Shown here one piece after another: positions 37,855-47,610 of a DNA stretch of 64,000 nt. The stretch lies in the NCBI GenBank assembly GCA_963719225.1, contig CAVRAY010000002.1, positions 32,001 to 96,000 on the forward strand. Direction: 5' to 3'. This stretch comes from Thermoanaerobaculia bacterium. GTDB lineage: Bacteria; Acidobacteriota; Thermoanaerobaculia; UBA5066. Below the pieces are notes generated by a model. That model did not search any database. It was given only the letters and a program-made list of their open reading frames with translations, and had not been told where the DNA came from. Both the position numbers and the translations under genes were made by a program. Every line of letters starts with the position of its first letter. Position 1 is the stretch's first letter.

Positions 37855-39213
37855 ATGTCCGTCGAGAACATACTCGCAGAGGTGAAGAGGGATCCCGCCG
37901 GCTTTCGGAGCCGCACGATCGACACGCTCGTGAGAAGCGCCGTCTTCGAGCCCGACGCCGCCCGGCGTGACGAGGCGCGTCTTTCGATCCGGAAGGCCGC
38001 CTCGGCCCTCGGCATCCTGCCCGCGTCCATCCAGGACCTCTACGTCGCGATGGGGCGCGGCGAGGCGGGCGGTTTCACGACGCCGGCGATGAACCTCCGC
38101 ATGCTCACGTACGACGCCGCGCGCGCCGTTTTTCGCGCGGCGAAGGCGTACGACGTGGGCGCGTTCATCCTCGAGATCGCCCGCAGCGAGATGGGCTACA
38201 CGGACCAGCGGCCCGGCGAGTACGCAGCCGTCGTCCTGGCCGCCGCGGTCAAGGAAGGGCATCGAGGCCCGGTCTTCATCCAGGGCGACCATTTCCAGAT
38301 GAACGCGAAGAAGTTCGCCGCGGATCCCGGCGCCGAACGGCGGGCCATCGAGGCCCTCATCGAGGAGGCGATCCCGGCGGGCTTTCTGAACATCGACATC
38401 GACACGTCGACTCTCGTCGACATGTCGAAAGCGACCGAGGCCCTCCAGCAGAAGCAGAACTTCGAGAATGCCGCGCACTTCACGCGCTTCATCCGCGCGC
38501 GCGAGCCGAAGGGCGTCACGATCTCGATCGGAGGAGAGATTGGCGAGGTGGGCAAGGACGTGTCCACGCCCGAGGAGTTCCGCGCTTTCATGAACGGCTA
38601 TCGCGCGGCGCTGCCTCCCGGAATGAAGGGCGTCTCGAAGATCTCGATCAACACGGGCACGTCCCACGGGGGCACTCCCCTTCCGGACGGCACCGTGGCG
38701 AAGGTCGAGATCCACTTCGACGCGATGGAGGCCATCTCGAAGGTCGCGCGCGCCGAGTACGGCCTCTCCGGCGCGGTCCAGCACGGCGCGTCGACGGTCG
38801 CGCCCGGGAACTTCCACCAGTTTCCCGAGCACGGGGCCTCGGAAGTGCACCTCGCGACCGAGTTCCAGAACATGACCTACGAAGGCCTGCCCGCGGAGCT
38901 TCGCGACGAGATGTACGCCTGGGTGCACACGAACGCCGCCGACGAGAGAAAGCCGAAGGACACCGACGAGCAGTTTCTCTACCGGTCGCGCAAGAAGGCG
39001 ATCGGGCCGTTCAAGAAGGCCGCGTGGGACCTGCCCGAGTCCGTGCGTGCGGAGATCGGAAAGCGCCTCGAGGAGAAGTTCGCCTTCCTCTTCGAGAAGC
39101 TCCGCGTCCCGGGGACGAAGGCCGCCGTCGAGAAGTGGGTGAAGCCCTTCGAGCTCGATCCCGTCCTCGCCGGGGCCGGCGCCTTCCACCGCGACGACGA
39201 GGCAGGCGACTAG
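37855..39213 (+). CDS. Class II fructose-bisphosphate aldolase-like protein
   Basis: EIARSEMGYT, QGDH, GGEIGEVG, GTSHGG, VQHGAS, HLATEFQN; GGAGG SD. Confidence 0.85.
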   Translation: MSVENILAEVKRDPAGFRSRTIDTLVRSAVFEPDAARRDEARLSIRKAASALGILPASIQDLYVAMGRGEAGGFTTPAMNLRMLTYDAARAVFRAAKAYDVGAFILEIARSEMGYTDQRPGEYAAVVLAAAVKEGHRGPVFIQGDHFQMNAKKFAADPGAERRAIEALIEEAIPAGFLNIDIDTSTLVDMSKATEALQQKQNFENAAHFTRFIRAREPKGVTISIGGEIGEVGKDVSTPEEFRAFMNGYRAALPPGMKGVSKISINTGTSHGGTPLPDGTVAKVEIHFDAMEAISKVARAEYGLSGAVQHGASTVAPGNFHQFPEHGASEVHLATEFQNMTYEGLPAELRDEMYAWVHTNAADERKPKDTDEQFLYRSRKKAIGPFKKAAWDLPESVRAEIGKRLEEKFAFLFEKLRVPGTKAAVEKWVKPFELDPVLAGAGAFHRDDEAGD

Positions 39214-40235
39214 ACGACTCTCTTGTACTGGTTCCGGATCGTCGGTATCAGGTAGTCCACGAACGCGCGCTTCAGGTCGAAGCGAGGCGAGAATCCCCAG
39301 TCCCGCGCCGCCGCCGAATCGTCCACGTCCGCGGGCCAGGTGTCCACGATTCCCTGGCGCTTGAGGTCCGGCTCGAACGTGATGCGCGTTCCGGGAAAAG
39401 CCTCGACGACGAGGTCCCGGATCTCGCCGGCCGACGGGTGGAACGCTCCCACGTTGTAGACCTGCCGGGTGAGAGCGCCCGAAGCCGTGCCCGCGAGCTT
39501 GAGAAGGGCCTCGACGGCGTCCGGCATCGCCATGAACGGGATGCGCGTGTCCTCGCGGACGAAGCACGCGTAGGGATTCCCCTGCGCGGCTTCGTGGATC
39601 ATCTCCGGAGCGTAGTCGGAGGTGCCGCCCGAAGGCATCGTCACCGCCGAGATGAGGCCGGGGAAACGCACGCACCGGAAATCGACGCGCCCGCTGACGA
39701 TCTCGGACGAGAGCTGCTTGTAATGCCTCGAGTAGTACCGGCCCAGGTGCTCGGCGTAAAGCTTGTTGCAGCCGTACATCGTCGTCGGCTGGTTGAAGTC
39801 GTCCTCCTTCACTCTGCCGGCGCGCGACTTCGTCGCGAGGTCGGGAAGGCCGTATGCCGCGATCGAGGACGGGTAGAGGAACGTCACGGGCCGCCCGTGA
39901 GACTGCCGCTCGTTCTGCGCGAACTCGAGGAGGGCGAGCGTCCCCTCCACGTTCACCTGGTGTGCCGTCACGGGAGTGAACTCGCCGCGGGTGGAGAGAA
40001 GAGCCGCGAGGTGGAAGATGAGGTCGATCTCGAACTCGGAGAGGATCCGCTCGAGGACGGTCCGGTCGAGGATGGAGCCGATGAACTCGCGCGCGACGAG
40101 GCGACCCTGCTCGGCGTCGAGCGGCTTGAGGTCGAGCGTCAGGATGGGCCGCGAGCCGTCCGCGGCGAGGCGCGCGATCAATCCGTGGCCGATTTCTCCG
40201 CTGGCTCCCGTGATGAGGACGACGGGTTTGCGCAT
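39210..40235 (-). CDS. Extended SDR, probable L-threonine 3-dehydrogenase
   Basis: ITGASGEIG, HLAALLS..GE, PSSIA, PTTMYG.NK, RFPGLIS..GGTSDYA, RQGIVDTWP. Confidence 0.85.
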   Translation of the reverse strand: MRKPVVLITGASGEIGHGLIARLAADGSRPILTLDLKPLDAEQGRLVAREFIGSILDRTVLERILSEFEIDLIFHLAALLSTRGEFTPVTAHQVNVEGTLALLEFAQNERQSHGRPVTFLYPSSIAAYGLPDLATKSRAGRVKEDDFNQPTTMYGCNKLYAEHLGRYYSRHYKQLSSEIVSGRVDFRCVRFPGLISAVTMPSGGTSDYAPEMIHEAAQGNPYACFVREDTRIPFMAMPDAVEALLKLAGTASGALTRQVYNVGAFHPSAGEIRDLVVEAFPGTRITFEPDLKRQGIVDTWPADVDDSAAARDWGFSPRFDLKRAFVDYLIPTIRNQYKRVV

Positions 40236-40279
40236 TTGTGGAGATGTTAGCGCCCCGGGCCGCGTGGCATTCTCACGTC

Positions 40280-41224
40280 GTGACGAAGGGCTCCTCGGAA
40301 AACGCCGCCGAAGAGACGACCGTCTCCGGCCTGGCGAACGCCACGTTCGGCCTCTGGTTCCCGTTCTTCCGCTGGATCGCGCGGACGGTACCGCCCGTCT
40401 GGGTGGCGCGCCTCGCGTCGGTCACGGTGGAGCAGGTCCTCTGGAGGCGCCGGCACGTCCACGCGGCCATCTGTAGCAACGTCGCTCAGGTGATGGGCGT
40501 CGCGGCCACGGACCCCCGCGTCGAGAAGACCGCGCGCACCATGCTTTCCAGGCATTCGCGGCTCTGGATCGATCTTCTCCGCTATTCCGGGCGGAGCGAC
40601 ATTCCTCCCGCGGAGCTCCTGGCGAAACGGATCGGCGACGAACAGCTCGCCGCCGCGCATCGTGAGGGTACCGGCGCCATTCTGCTCACGGCGCACGTCG
40701 GCAACTTCGAGCTCGGCGGGCTGTTCCTGCGTGAGATGGGCCTCACGACGTATGCCGTGTATGCCCCGGATCCTTCGCGGGTCGTCGAATCACACCGGGA
40801 GAGCGCCCGGCGCTCGCTGGGCGTGATCGGGATTCCCGTGACGTCTTCCCCGTTCGCGTCACTCCCGATCCTGAGGGCGCTCCGGTCGAACGGCTTCGTT
40901 GCCATGCAGGGAGACCGGGACATGTCCGGCACCGGCCGCGACATGCCCTTCTTCGGAAAGACGGCTTCTTTTCCCGTCGGGCCGTTCCGCCTCGCCCAGG
41001 TCTCGGGCGCGCCGATCTTCCCCGTCTTCGTCCTGCAGGAGGACGACGGGCGGTATCGCACGATCGTCGAGGAGGCGATCCGCGTCCCGAAGGAACGCGG
41101 CGACGAGGGTGAGGCAGCCTTGACCGCCGCGCTCGCGCTTTTCGTCGCGACGATGGAGCGAACGATCCGCGCGAACCCTGTCCAGTGGTACCAATTCACG
41201 CGTTTCTGGAACGACACCCCGTGA
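40280..41224 (+). CDS. LpxL/HtrB-type lysophospholipid acyltransferase
   Basis: LTAHVGNFE, MQGDRD, FFGK.ASFP.GP..LA..SGAP, P.QWY.F; probable GTG start at 40280. Confidence 0.88.
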   Translation: MTKGSSENAAEETTVSGLANATFGLWFPFFRWIARTVPPVWVARLASVTVEQVLWRRRHVHAAICSNVAQVMGVAATDPRVEKTARTMLSRHSRLWIDLLRYSGRSDIPPAELLAKRIGDEQLAAAHREGTGAILLTAHVGNFELGGLFLREMGLTTYAVYAPDPSRVVESHRESARRSLGVIGIPVTSSPFASLPILRALRSNGFVAMQGDRDMSGTGRDMPFFGKTASFPVGPFRLAQVSGAPIFPVFVLQEDDGRYRTIVEEAIRVPKERGDEGEAALTAALALFVATMERTIRANPVQWYQFTRFWNDTP

Positions 41225-42945
41225 GACGCCTGCGGGCGCTTCTCGCGGCCGCGATACTGCTGCCCGGCTGCGCGCCGCGGCGGCCCGAAACGGCGCCCCG
41301 GGCCACGACGGTCGACGTCACGCCGGACGTCGTCGGCGGCGTGCGCCGGCTCGGCAGCTCATGGGTGGCCGAAGAAGGGGCCGAAGGCACCGCTTCGGGG
41401 ATTCTCGTCGGGCGCTTCGAAGGCGCCCCCTACGATCTCGGGTTCTCGTTCGGCGTTCTCACACGCCCGTGGATCCGTGCCCAGGAGTCGCATCTCGAGC
41501 GGCTCTTCACGGCGCTCGTCCCCGGGGGCTTCAAGCGATCGCTCATCCGGCAGCTCTCCGCATTCCGCCTGCGCTCTCTGCCCGATCAGATCCCGGAAGA
41601 TCTCCTCGTCTCCATCGCGGGCCTCGCGGACGGCTACGAAAGGGTGCCGCCGACCTCGGGCTGGAACGCGTATCGCCGGCTGCTCGACATGCACGCGTTG
41701 CACGACGTCTCGCAGCGCTTCGTGGACGCGCCGGCTCTCGCCGCGGCGTGTACGGGCTTCCTCGCGAAGGGAAAAGGCGGATCGCTTCTTCTCGCGCGCA
41801 ACTTCGACTTCGAGGGCGGCGACATCTTCGACCGCCAGAAGCTCGTGTCGGTCGCCCACCCGGAAGGGAAGATCCCCTACCTTTCCGTCGGGTTCTCCGG
41901 CATGCTCGGCGTCACCTCCGGCTTCAACCGAGAGGGTGTCGGCCTCGCCATCCAGGCGATCTCGGGCGGCGAAACCGCGACCTCCGGGATGCCCATGACG
42001 CTCCTCCTCGCGGACGTGCTGCGAAACGAGAGCACGTTCGACGGCGCCGTGACTCGCCTGCGCGCCGCGAAGGTTTTCGTGTCCGACCTGATCCTCCTCG
42101 GCGACGCGCGCGCCGGCAGGCTCGCGGTCGTCGAGAAGAGTCCCTCCGCGTTCGCGGTCCGCGAGGCCTCGGGCGGCTCGCTCGGCGTGACGAACGAGGC
42201 CGAGAATCCCGCCGTACGACGTTTCGCGCGCGTCCTGCCGGCCGGATCGACGTCCCGGAAAAGGCGCGCCCGCCTCGACGTCCTGCTCGAGAGGACCGGC
42301 GGAACCCTGGACGTGCCGTCCGCGATCGCCATCCTGCGGGACCGGCGCGCCGCGGACGGAAGAGACCTCGGCCCCGGCAACCGCAACGCCATCGACGCTT
42401 CGATCGCCGCACACTCCATCGTCTTCGACCTCACGCACCGGCGTGCGTGGGTGGCCGCCGCGCCGAATACGCTCGGACCCTACCTGCCCGTGGACCTCGA
42501 GGCTGTTCTCGCGAGCATGACCGGTCCGCCCCCGAGAGCGGCCGAGCCGGTCCCTGCGGATCCCTGGCTCACGGACGGAGGGTTCGCCCGCTACGCGCGT
42601 GCGCGCGAGGCGCTCGTCTCCGCGCGCCGGCTCGAGCGCGACCGCAGGAAGGGCTGGCTCGAGGCGGCGGCGCGCGAGGTCCGGCGGGCGCACGAGCTGG
42701 CCCCGGAGTTCGCGGAAGCCGCGGCGAAGCTCGGCGAGCTCGAGGCACGGCTCGGAAACCGCGCGCGGGCGCGGCAGCTTCTCGACCAGGCCCTCGCACA
42801 TGATCCCGGTCCCGCCCCGCTGCGCGCCGCCGTGGAGCGGTGGCGCGAGGCATGCGCGGCGGGCGACTCCGCTCCCTTGCCCAAAGAGCCGATTCCCACC
42901 GTGCCGCAGCCCGACGAGCTGCTCGGGGAAAAGAGAAATCCATAG
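41221..42945 (+). CDS. C45-family autoproteolytic acyltransferase lipoprotein with C-terminal TPR
   Basis: Lipobox LPGC; HD..ACTGF (Ntn Cys nucleophile), ARNFDF, SGFNREG, VVEKSP, TN, LGPGNRNAI..IAAHS; TPR-like tail. Confidence 0.85.
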   Translation: MRRLRALLAAAILLPGCAPRRPETAPRATTVDVTPDVVGGVRRLGSSWVAEEGAEGTASGILVGRFEGAPYDLGFSFGVLTRPWIRAQESHLERLFTALVPGGFKRSLIRQLSAFRLRSLPDQIPEDLLVSIAGLADGYERVPPTSGWNAYRRLLDMHALHDVSQRFVDAPALAAACTGFLAKGKGGSLLLARNFDFEGGDIFDRQKLVSVAHPEGKIPYLSVGFSGMLGVTSGFNREGVGLAIQAISGGETATSGMPMTLLLADVLRNESTFDGAVTRLRAAKVFVSDLILLGDARAGRLAVVEKSPSAFAVREASGGSLGVTNEAENPAVRRFARVLPAGSTSRKRRARLDVLLERTGGTLDVPSAIAILRDRRAADGRDLGPGNRNAIDASIAAHSIVFDLTHRRAWVAAAPNTLGPYLPVDLEAVLASMTGPPPRAAEPVPADPWLTDGGFARYARAREALVSARRLERDRRKGWLEAAAREVRRAHELAPEFAEAAAKLGELEARLGNRARARQLLDQALAHDPGPAPLRAAVERWREACAAGDSAPLPKEPIPTVPQPDELLGEKRNP

Positions 42946-42965
42946 TTCGGAGAAGAGGAGGATCT

Positions 42966-43892
42966 CTAGGAGGAGAAGAATTCGAGGGCGACCGCCGCCA
43001 CCGCGCCTGCCATGTCTCGCGTGACGTAAAGGTGGATTTGCTTAGAAGGTGAATGGGGCGATGGCTCCGTCCGCGCGATTCGAGCGACGTCACAGGCAAT
43101 CTCGAACAGCCCCGCCGCGCCAAAGCGCTCGATCCGAGGCTTTTTCTCCTCATACCCTTCTAAGAAATCTTCATGGTCCGGCACGCAAAGCGACACGGCA
43201 GCAGGGCGAGCACCCTCACCCGCCCGCGCTTCGACTTCTTTCATCCATTCGAAGAAACGCGCCTCCGCCCGCCGCGCATCCGGCTCGAAGAAAAGACACC
43301 CTTCGACAAAGCGAATCCCGTGTTCCCGTGCCTCGAGCAGCACCGCCGCGCCCGTTTCTACGAGCTCGACGTCCGCCGCCCTCTCTCCGAAAGCAAGTCT
43401 TTCCTCTTCCCACGCCTCACGCATCGCGGCGTCGACGCCTTCGGCCGCGACGACGACGACACGATCCGCGTCGCCCGAAGCGACGCGGCAAGCGCCGAGA
43501 ATCAGAGCTTCGAGGCCGGCCGTGCATCCCGAGACAATCGTCTCCGAAACGCCGCCGAGGCCGAGCTCCATGGCGAGCTCGCCGTTCACGCTGTTGTGCA
43601 CAGTCGCCGCGAAGACCGAAGGGGCGAGGTCCTCGACGCGCGAGGCCGAGGCGAGACGTCTTGCGTGATCGTTGATCGCCGGGCGGCAGCCGTACCGTGT
43701 GCCGATGACGACGCCCGTGCGCGGGTCGGGCCTCTGAGGACGGGGAATCCCCAGATTTGCGAAAGCGCGCGTTCCGGCGAGAAAGCCCGCCCGCCCGAAG
43801 CGATCCATCCGGCGCAGGCGGTTCGCGTCCACGCGCGTCTCGGACTCGCCTTCGAGGGCGACCGCCGCCGAGACGAGGAAGACCGGCATCAT
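42966..43892 (-). CDS. Beta-ketoacyl synthase chain-length-factor-like protein
   Basis: RLRRMDRF, GVVIGT.YG, APSVFAATVHN..NGE; truncated KS fold lacking the C-terminal catalytic His motifs; ATGA overlap with the upstream KS. Confidence 0.75.
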   Translation of the reverse strand: MMPVFLVSAAVALEGESETRVDANRLRRMDRFGRAGFLAGTRAFANLGIPRPQRPDPRTGVVIGTRYGCRPAINDHARRLASASRVEDLAPSVFAATVHNSVNGELAMELGLGGVSETIVSGCTAGLEALILGACRVASGDADRVVVVAAEGVDAAMREAWEEERLAFGERAADVELVETGAAVLLEAREHGIRFVEGCLFFEPDARRAEARFFEWMKEVEARAGEGARPAAVSLCVPDHEDFLEGYEEKKPRIERFGAAGLFEIACDVARIARTEPSPHSPSKQIHLYVTRDMAGAVAAVALEFFSS

Positions 43893-45061
43893 GCGCTCTC
43901 CAGGACGAGGGCCGCGTTCGTGCCTCCGAACGCGGACGAGGTCGACAGTGCGACGGCGATCGGGCTCTCGGGGGAAAGCGGTGCGCCCGAGACGACCCTC
44001 AACGGCGAATCCGGCCGCGATTTCGCGTGCCCGGCCGTGGGCGGCACGCACTGCCGGACGAGGACGAGGACGGACAGGACGGCCTCGATCGCCCCCGCGG
44101 CGCCGAGCGTGTGCCCGATCGCGCCCTTGATTCCGTTCACCGGCACCAACCGTGCTTTCGCGCCGAGGACATGCGCCAGAGCGGCCTCCTCCATCGCGTC
44201 GTTGAAAGTCGTCCCCGTGCCGTGGGCGCTCACGAAGTCCACGTCGGATGCGGGGCGGCCCGCACGATGGAGCGCGATCTCGACGGCTTCCCTCAGCCCA
44301 CGCCCCTCCGGATCCGGGCGCGTCATGTGGTGCGCGTCCGAAGCCGAGCCGTAGCCCGTGATCCGCGCGAGGATCGGGGCTCCGCGCCGACGCGCCACGT
44401 CTTCCCTCTCGAGCAAAAGAAAACCCGCCCCCTCGCCCAGCGTGAGGCCGTCGCGCGAGACGTCGAACGGCCGCGCCACCGAGTTGCTGAGCGCGCGCAG
44501 CGCGTCGAAGCCCGAAAAGACGAAAGGAGAGACGGCGTCGGCGCCGCCGGCGAGAACCGACTCCGCGCGCCCCTCGCGGATCCACTCCGCGGCGAGCCCG
44601 ACCGCCGCCGCGCCGGAAGCACAGGCCACGGAAACGGTCGCAACCGGGCCGCGAGCGCCGTAGCGTTCGGCGAGGTCACGGGAGAGAGCGCCCGGACACC
44701 CTCGCGAGAGCGCGCCCGGGCCGCCCCCGCGCGAGAGGAGCCACGCGGTGAGGGCGCCGTTTCCGGCGAGCGTCGTCCCGACGGCAATCCCGGCTTCACG
44801 GCCGCCGAACTCCGGGTACGACGCGATCGCCTCGTCCGCGGCATCGCGCGCGAAGAGCGTCTCCGGCTCCACGCCTTCCGGCTCGCGCCCGCGCTCGATC
44901 AGGGCCGCCTGACTCGCGTGAAATCGACGCGTGTCGAACCGCGTGACGGGCCGGATCGCCGACCGGCCGCAGAGCGCGCCCTCCCAGAGCGCGTGGACGC
45001 CGCGCCCGAGAGCGCTTTCGGCCCCCATACCCGTCACGACGACCCCCGGCACGACTCCCAT
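43889..45061 (-). CDS. Beta-ketoacyl-ACP synthase (FabF/ApeO-like)
   Basis: VVVTGMG, VACASG, RPFD..RDG..LGEGAG, DAHHMT.P, AHGTGT.FND, KGAIGHTLGAAG, SAFGGTN. Confidence 0.9.
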   Translation of the reverse strand: MGVVPGVVVTGMGAESALGRGVHALWEGALCGRSAIRPVTRFDTRRFHASQAALIERGREPEGVEPETLFARDAADEAIASYPEFGGREAGIAVGTTLAGNGALTAWLLSRGGGPGALSRGCPGALSRDLAERYGARGPVATVSVACASGAAAVGLAAEWIREGRAESVLAGGADAVSPFVFSGFDALRALSNSVARPFDVSRDGLTLGEGAGFLLLEREDVARRRGAPILARITGYGSASDAHHMTRPDPEGRGLREAVEIALHRAGRPASDVDFVSAHGTGTTFNDAMEEAALAHVLGAKARLVPVNGIKGAIGHTLGAAGAIEAVLSVLVLVRQCVPPTAGHAKSRPDSPLRVVSGAPLSPESPIAVALSTSSAFGGTNAALVLESA

Positions 45062-45130
45062 GTCGTCTCTATAATCGCCCGGCCCGCCTTCCACGCGGCG
45101 TCACCCTTCCGGAAAGCCTCTTTCAGACCC

Positions 45131-46660
45131 ATGAAGATCGTCATCGCGTCCGACGCGAACCAGCCAAACGCGACGTATCGCGGCGCCCTGCTCGCGGCCG
45201 GAGCGCTGCCCGAGGAAGTCGTCGTCGTCACGCCGGGCGACCCGGAGCCCGGCGCGTTCGACGGGTTGCTACTCGCGGGAGGCCCCGATCTGGCGCCGCC
45301 GCTCTACGGCGAGACGCCCGCCACGCCGACTCTCGAGCTCCATCCCGAGCGCGACGCGCTCGACCTCGCGCTCTTTTCCGCCGCCGAGAGGCTCGGTGCG
45401 CCCGTCTTCGGCATCTGCCGCGGCCTGCAGACCCTGAACGTCGCGCTCGGAGGGACGCTTTGGCAGGACCTGCCTTCGCAGAGGGCGCGGGGACTCTCGC
45501 ACGAGAAGGACGAGGTCTCGCGTCTCAAAAAGGACCATCCCGCGCACATCGTGCGTGCGCGGCCGGGGGCTTCCTCCTCGCGCTTCGCGGCGGCCGTCGT
45601 CGCGCTCGACGGCGCGAGCGTGAACTCGCGCCACCATCAGGGCGTCAAGGATCTCGCGCCGGGCCTCCTGCCTCTGGCGGCCTCGCCGGACGATCTCGTC
45701 GAGGCGTTCGAGCGGACTGGCGGCGGGTTTTGCGCGGCCGTGCAGTGGCATCCCGAGAACCTCGTCGGAGAGCGAAAGGAGAAAGCGCTCTTCGAGGCCT
45801 TCCTCGGCGCGTGCCGCGCGCGGGCGCGCGCGACCTCCCGCGCGGGCGAGCCGCTCGTCTTCGTCTCTCTGGAAGGGGCTCTGGCCGTCGTCAAGCTCGC
45901 GAGGCCGGCGGCGGGGAACGCCTTCGCGGGGGACATGGCCGGGATGCTCGCGGACACCATCGTGACGCTCGCGGAAGACCCCACGGTTCCGGCCATCGTC
46001 CTCACCGGCCTCGGGGACACCTTCTCCCGCGGATTGGATCCGGATCTCCTTTCGGCTCTCGTGGCGCTCCGCGACGAGGAGGGATTTGCCTCGCATCTCG
46101 ACGCGATCGCGCGTGCCGCGCGCACTCTTGCGTCCGCGTCCCGGCCGATCCTCGCGGCCATCGACGGCCCGGCGATCGGCGCCGGTTTCTCGCTCGCCCT
46201 CGCGTGCGATCAGCGGATCGCGCGCGGCGGCCCGCCGCACGAGGCGGCCTTCGGCCTCTCGCCCTTTTTCCCCGCGTTCGAGGGAGGCGCGAGCGTTCTT
46301 CTTCCGCTTCTCGCGGGGCCCTCGGTCGCCGCCGACGTCGCGTTCTCGTGCGAGACCCTGTCGGCCATGCGCGCGAAAGAGCTCGGGCTCGTGGACCTCG
46401 TCGCCGAGGACGGCCCGGCGCTGCCTTCCGCTCTCCAGAGGGCGGCACAGTACGCCGAGAGGCCGATCGCCTCCCTCGCCGCGGCCAAGAGCGCCTTCGC
46501 CTCGCGGGATCGTCTCCAGCGCCTGGACGAAGCCTTCGCGCGCGAGAGGGAGTCCGCCCTCGCGTCGTTCCGCGACGGGACGCTCGCCGCCGCCCTGGCC
46601 TCATTTCACGATCATCCCGGACCGGCGGTGTCGGCCAGCGGTCCCGACCGTCCCCAATGA
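45131..46660 (+). CDS. Fusion of gamma-glutamyl hydrolase (PuuD, peptidase C26) and enoyl-CoA hydratase/isomerase-like domain
   Basis: GLLLAGGPD, GICRGLQ, VNSRHHQG, VQWHPE; continues without a stop into LARP..GNAF, FSRGLD, AIDGPAIGAG.SLALACD.RIA, A..AKELGLVD. Confidence 0.82.
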   Translation: MKIVIASDANQPNATYRGALLAAGALPEEVVVVTPGDPEPGAFDGLLLAGGPDLAPPLYGETPATPTLELHPERDALDLALFSAAERLGAPVFGICRGLQTLNVALGGTLWQDLPSQRARGLSHEKDEVSRLKKDHPAHIVRARPGASSSRFAAAVVALDGASVNSRHHQGVKDLAPGLLPLAASPDDLVEAFERTGGGFCAAVQWHPENLVGERKEKALFEAFLGACRARARATSRAGEPLVFVSLEGALAVVKLARPAAGNAFAGDMAGMLADTIVTLAEDPTVPAIVLTGLGDTFSRGLDPDLLSALVALRDEEGFASHLDAIARAARTLASASRPILAAIDGPAIGAGFSLALACDQRIARGGPPHEAAFGLSPFFPAFEGGASVLLPLLAGPSVAADVAFSCETLSAMRAKELGLVDLVAEDGPALPSALQRAAQYAERPIASLAAAKSAFASRDRLQRLDEAFARERESALASFRDGTLAAALASFHDHPGPAVSASGPDRPQ

Positions 46661-46671
46661 CAGGAGACTCA

Positions 46672-47610
46672 ATGAACCGAATTTTTTCCTCGTCCCTCGC
46701 CGCCTTCGCCGTCGTCCTGGCCGCCGGTGCCGCCTTCGCGGCGGAGCCGCCGAAAAAGAAGGCTCCCGAATTAGCTCCCTTCGAGGTGGCGCAGCCCTTT
46801 CCAAACGTCTGGTACGGACGGTTCGGCGACACGGCCTGTTCCTGGATCGACACAGGTGATGGAGTCTTTGTCGTTGACACCGGCGGGAGTGTCACGGACG
46901 CGAAAAATCTCAAGTCGGAAATCGCGCGGACCACGAAGAACAAACCGGTGAAGTGGATAGCTTTGACGCACCTCCACCAGGATTCCAATAACGGGTTCCT
47001 CTCGTTCGTCGGACCGGACGCCACGGTGTTCGTAAACGGGCGCGCGACGGACCTCGTCGGCAAGACGATGCACGGGATGAAGTCGAAGGCGCCGGCGATG
47101 GTAGGCGTCTTGGACCGTATCGCGTTCGTGGCCGGCAAGGAAGGCTTCGAAATCGGCATTCCTTCGGGGAATGCGCATACGGCGTTCGATCTCTACGTCT
47201 TCGAGTTCACGACACGTACCGCGTACGTCGGCGATCTCGTCACGACGGATCGCTGCCCGATGCTTTCGGACCCCGACAGCGACATCAAGGGTTGGCTGGA
47301 AGCGCTCGAGCGCATCGACGCGCTCAAGCCTGCTGTGCTCGTTGCGACACGCCTCAACCCCTCGACGAGCCCCGCCTCCGATATCGAAAAGACCCGCCGG
47401 TATCTCACCTCTATGCTCGCGTTCCTCGTGGAGAAGAAGAAGCAGAACGCTCCCGAGGCCCGGGTCACCGGCGAGCTGGCCGGCGAGAAGCTGGCCGATT
47501 ACTGCCCGCGCGAGCTGAACGCGATCAACGCGCTCTCGGTCTACCGCCGTCTCCTGACCGACGGGACGACCCGGCCGGGGAGCGCCGCCGTGAAGCCCGC
47601 GCCGAAGTAG
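46672..47610 (+). CDS. Secreted metallo-beta-lactamase-fold hydrolase (cyclase-like)
   Basis: Signal peptide; VVDTG, THLHQDS (HxHxDH variant), AHT..D, GDL; AGGAG SD. Confidence 0.8.
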   Translation: MNRIFSSSLAAFAVVLAAGAAFAAEPPKKKAPELAPFEVAQPFPNVWYGRFGDTACSWIDTGDGVFVVDTGGSVTDAKNLKSEIARTTKNKPVKWIALTHLHQDSNNGFLSFVGPDATVFVNGRATDLVGKTMHGMKSKAPAMVGVLDRIAFVAGKEGFEIGIPSGNAHTAFDLYVFEFTTRTAYVGDLVTTDRCPMLSDPDSDIKGWLEALERIDALKPAVLVATRLNPSTSPASDIEKTRRYLTSMLAFLVEKKKQNAPEARVTGELAGEKLADYCPRELNAINALSVYRRLLTDGTTRPGSAAVKPAPK

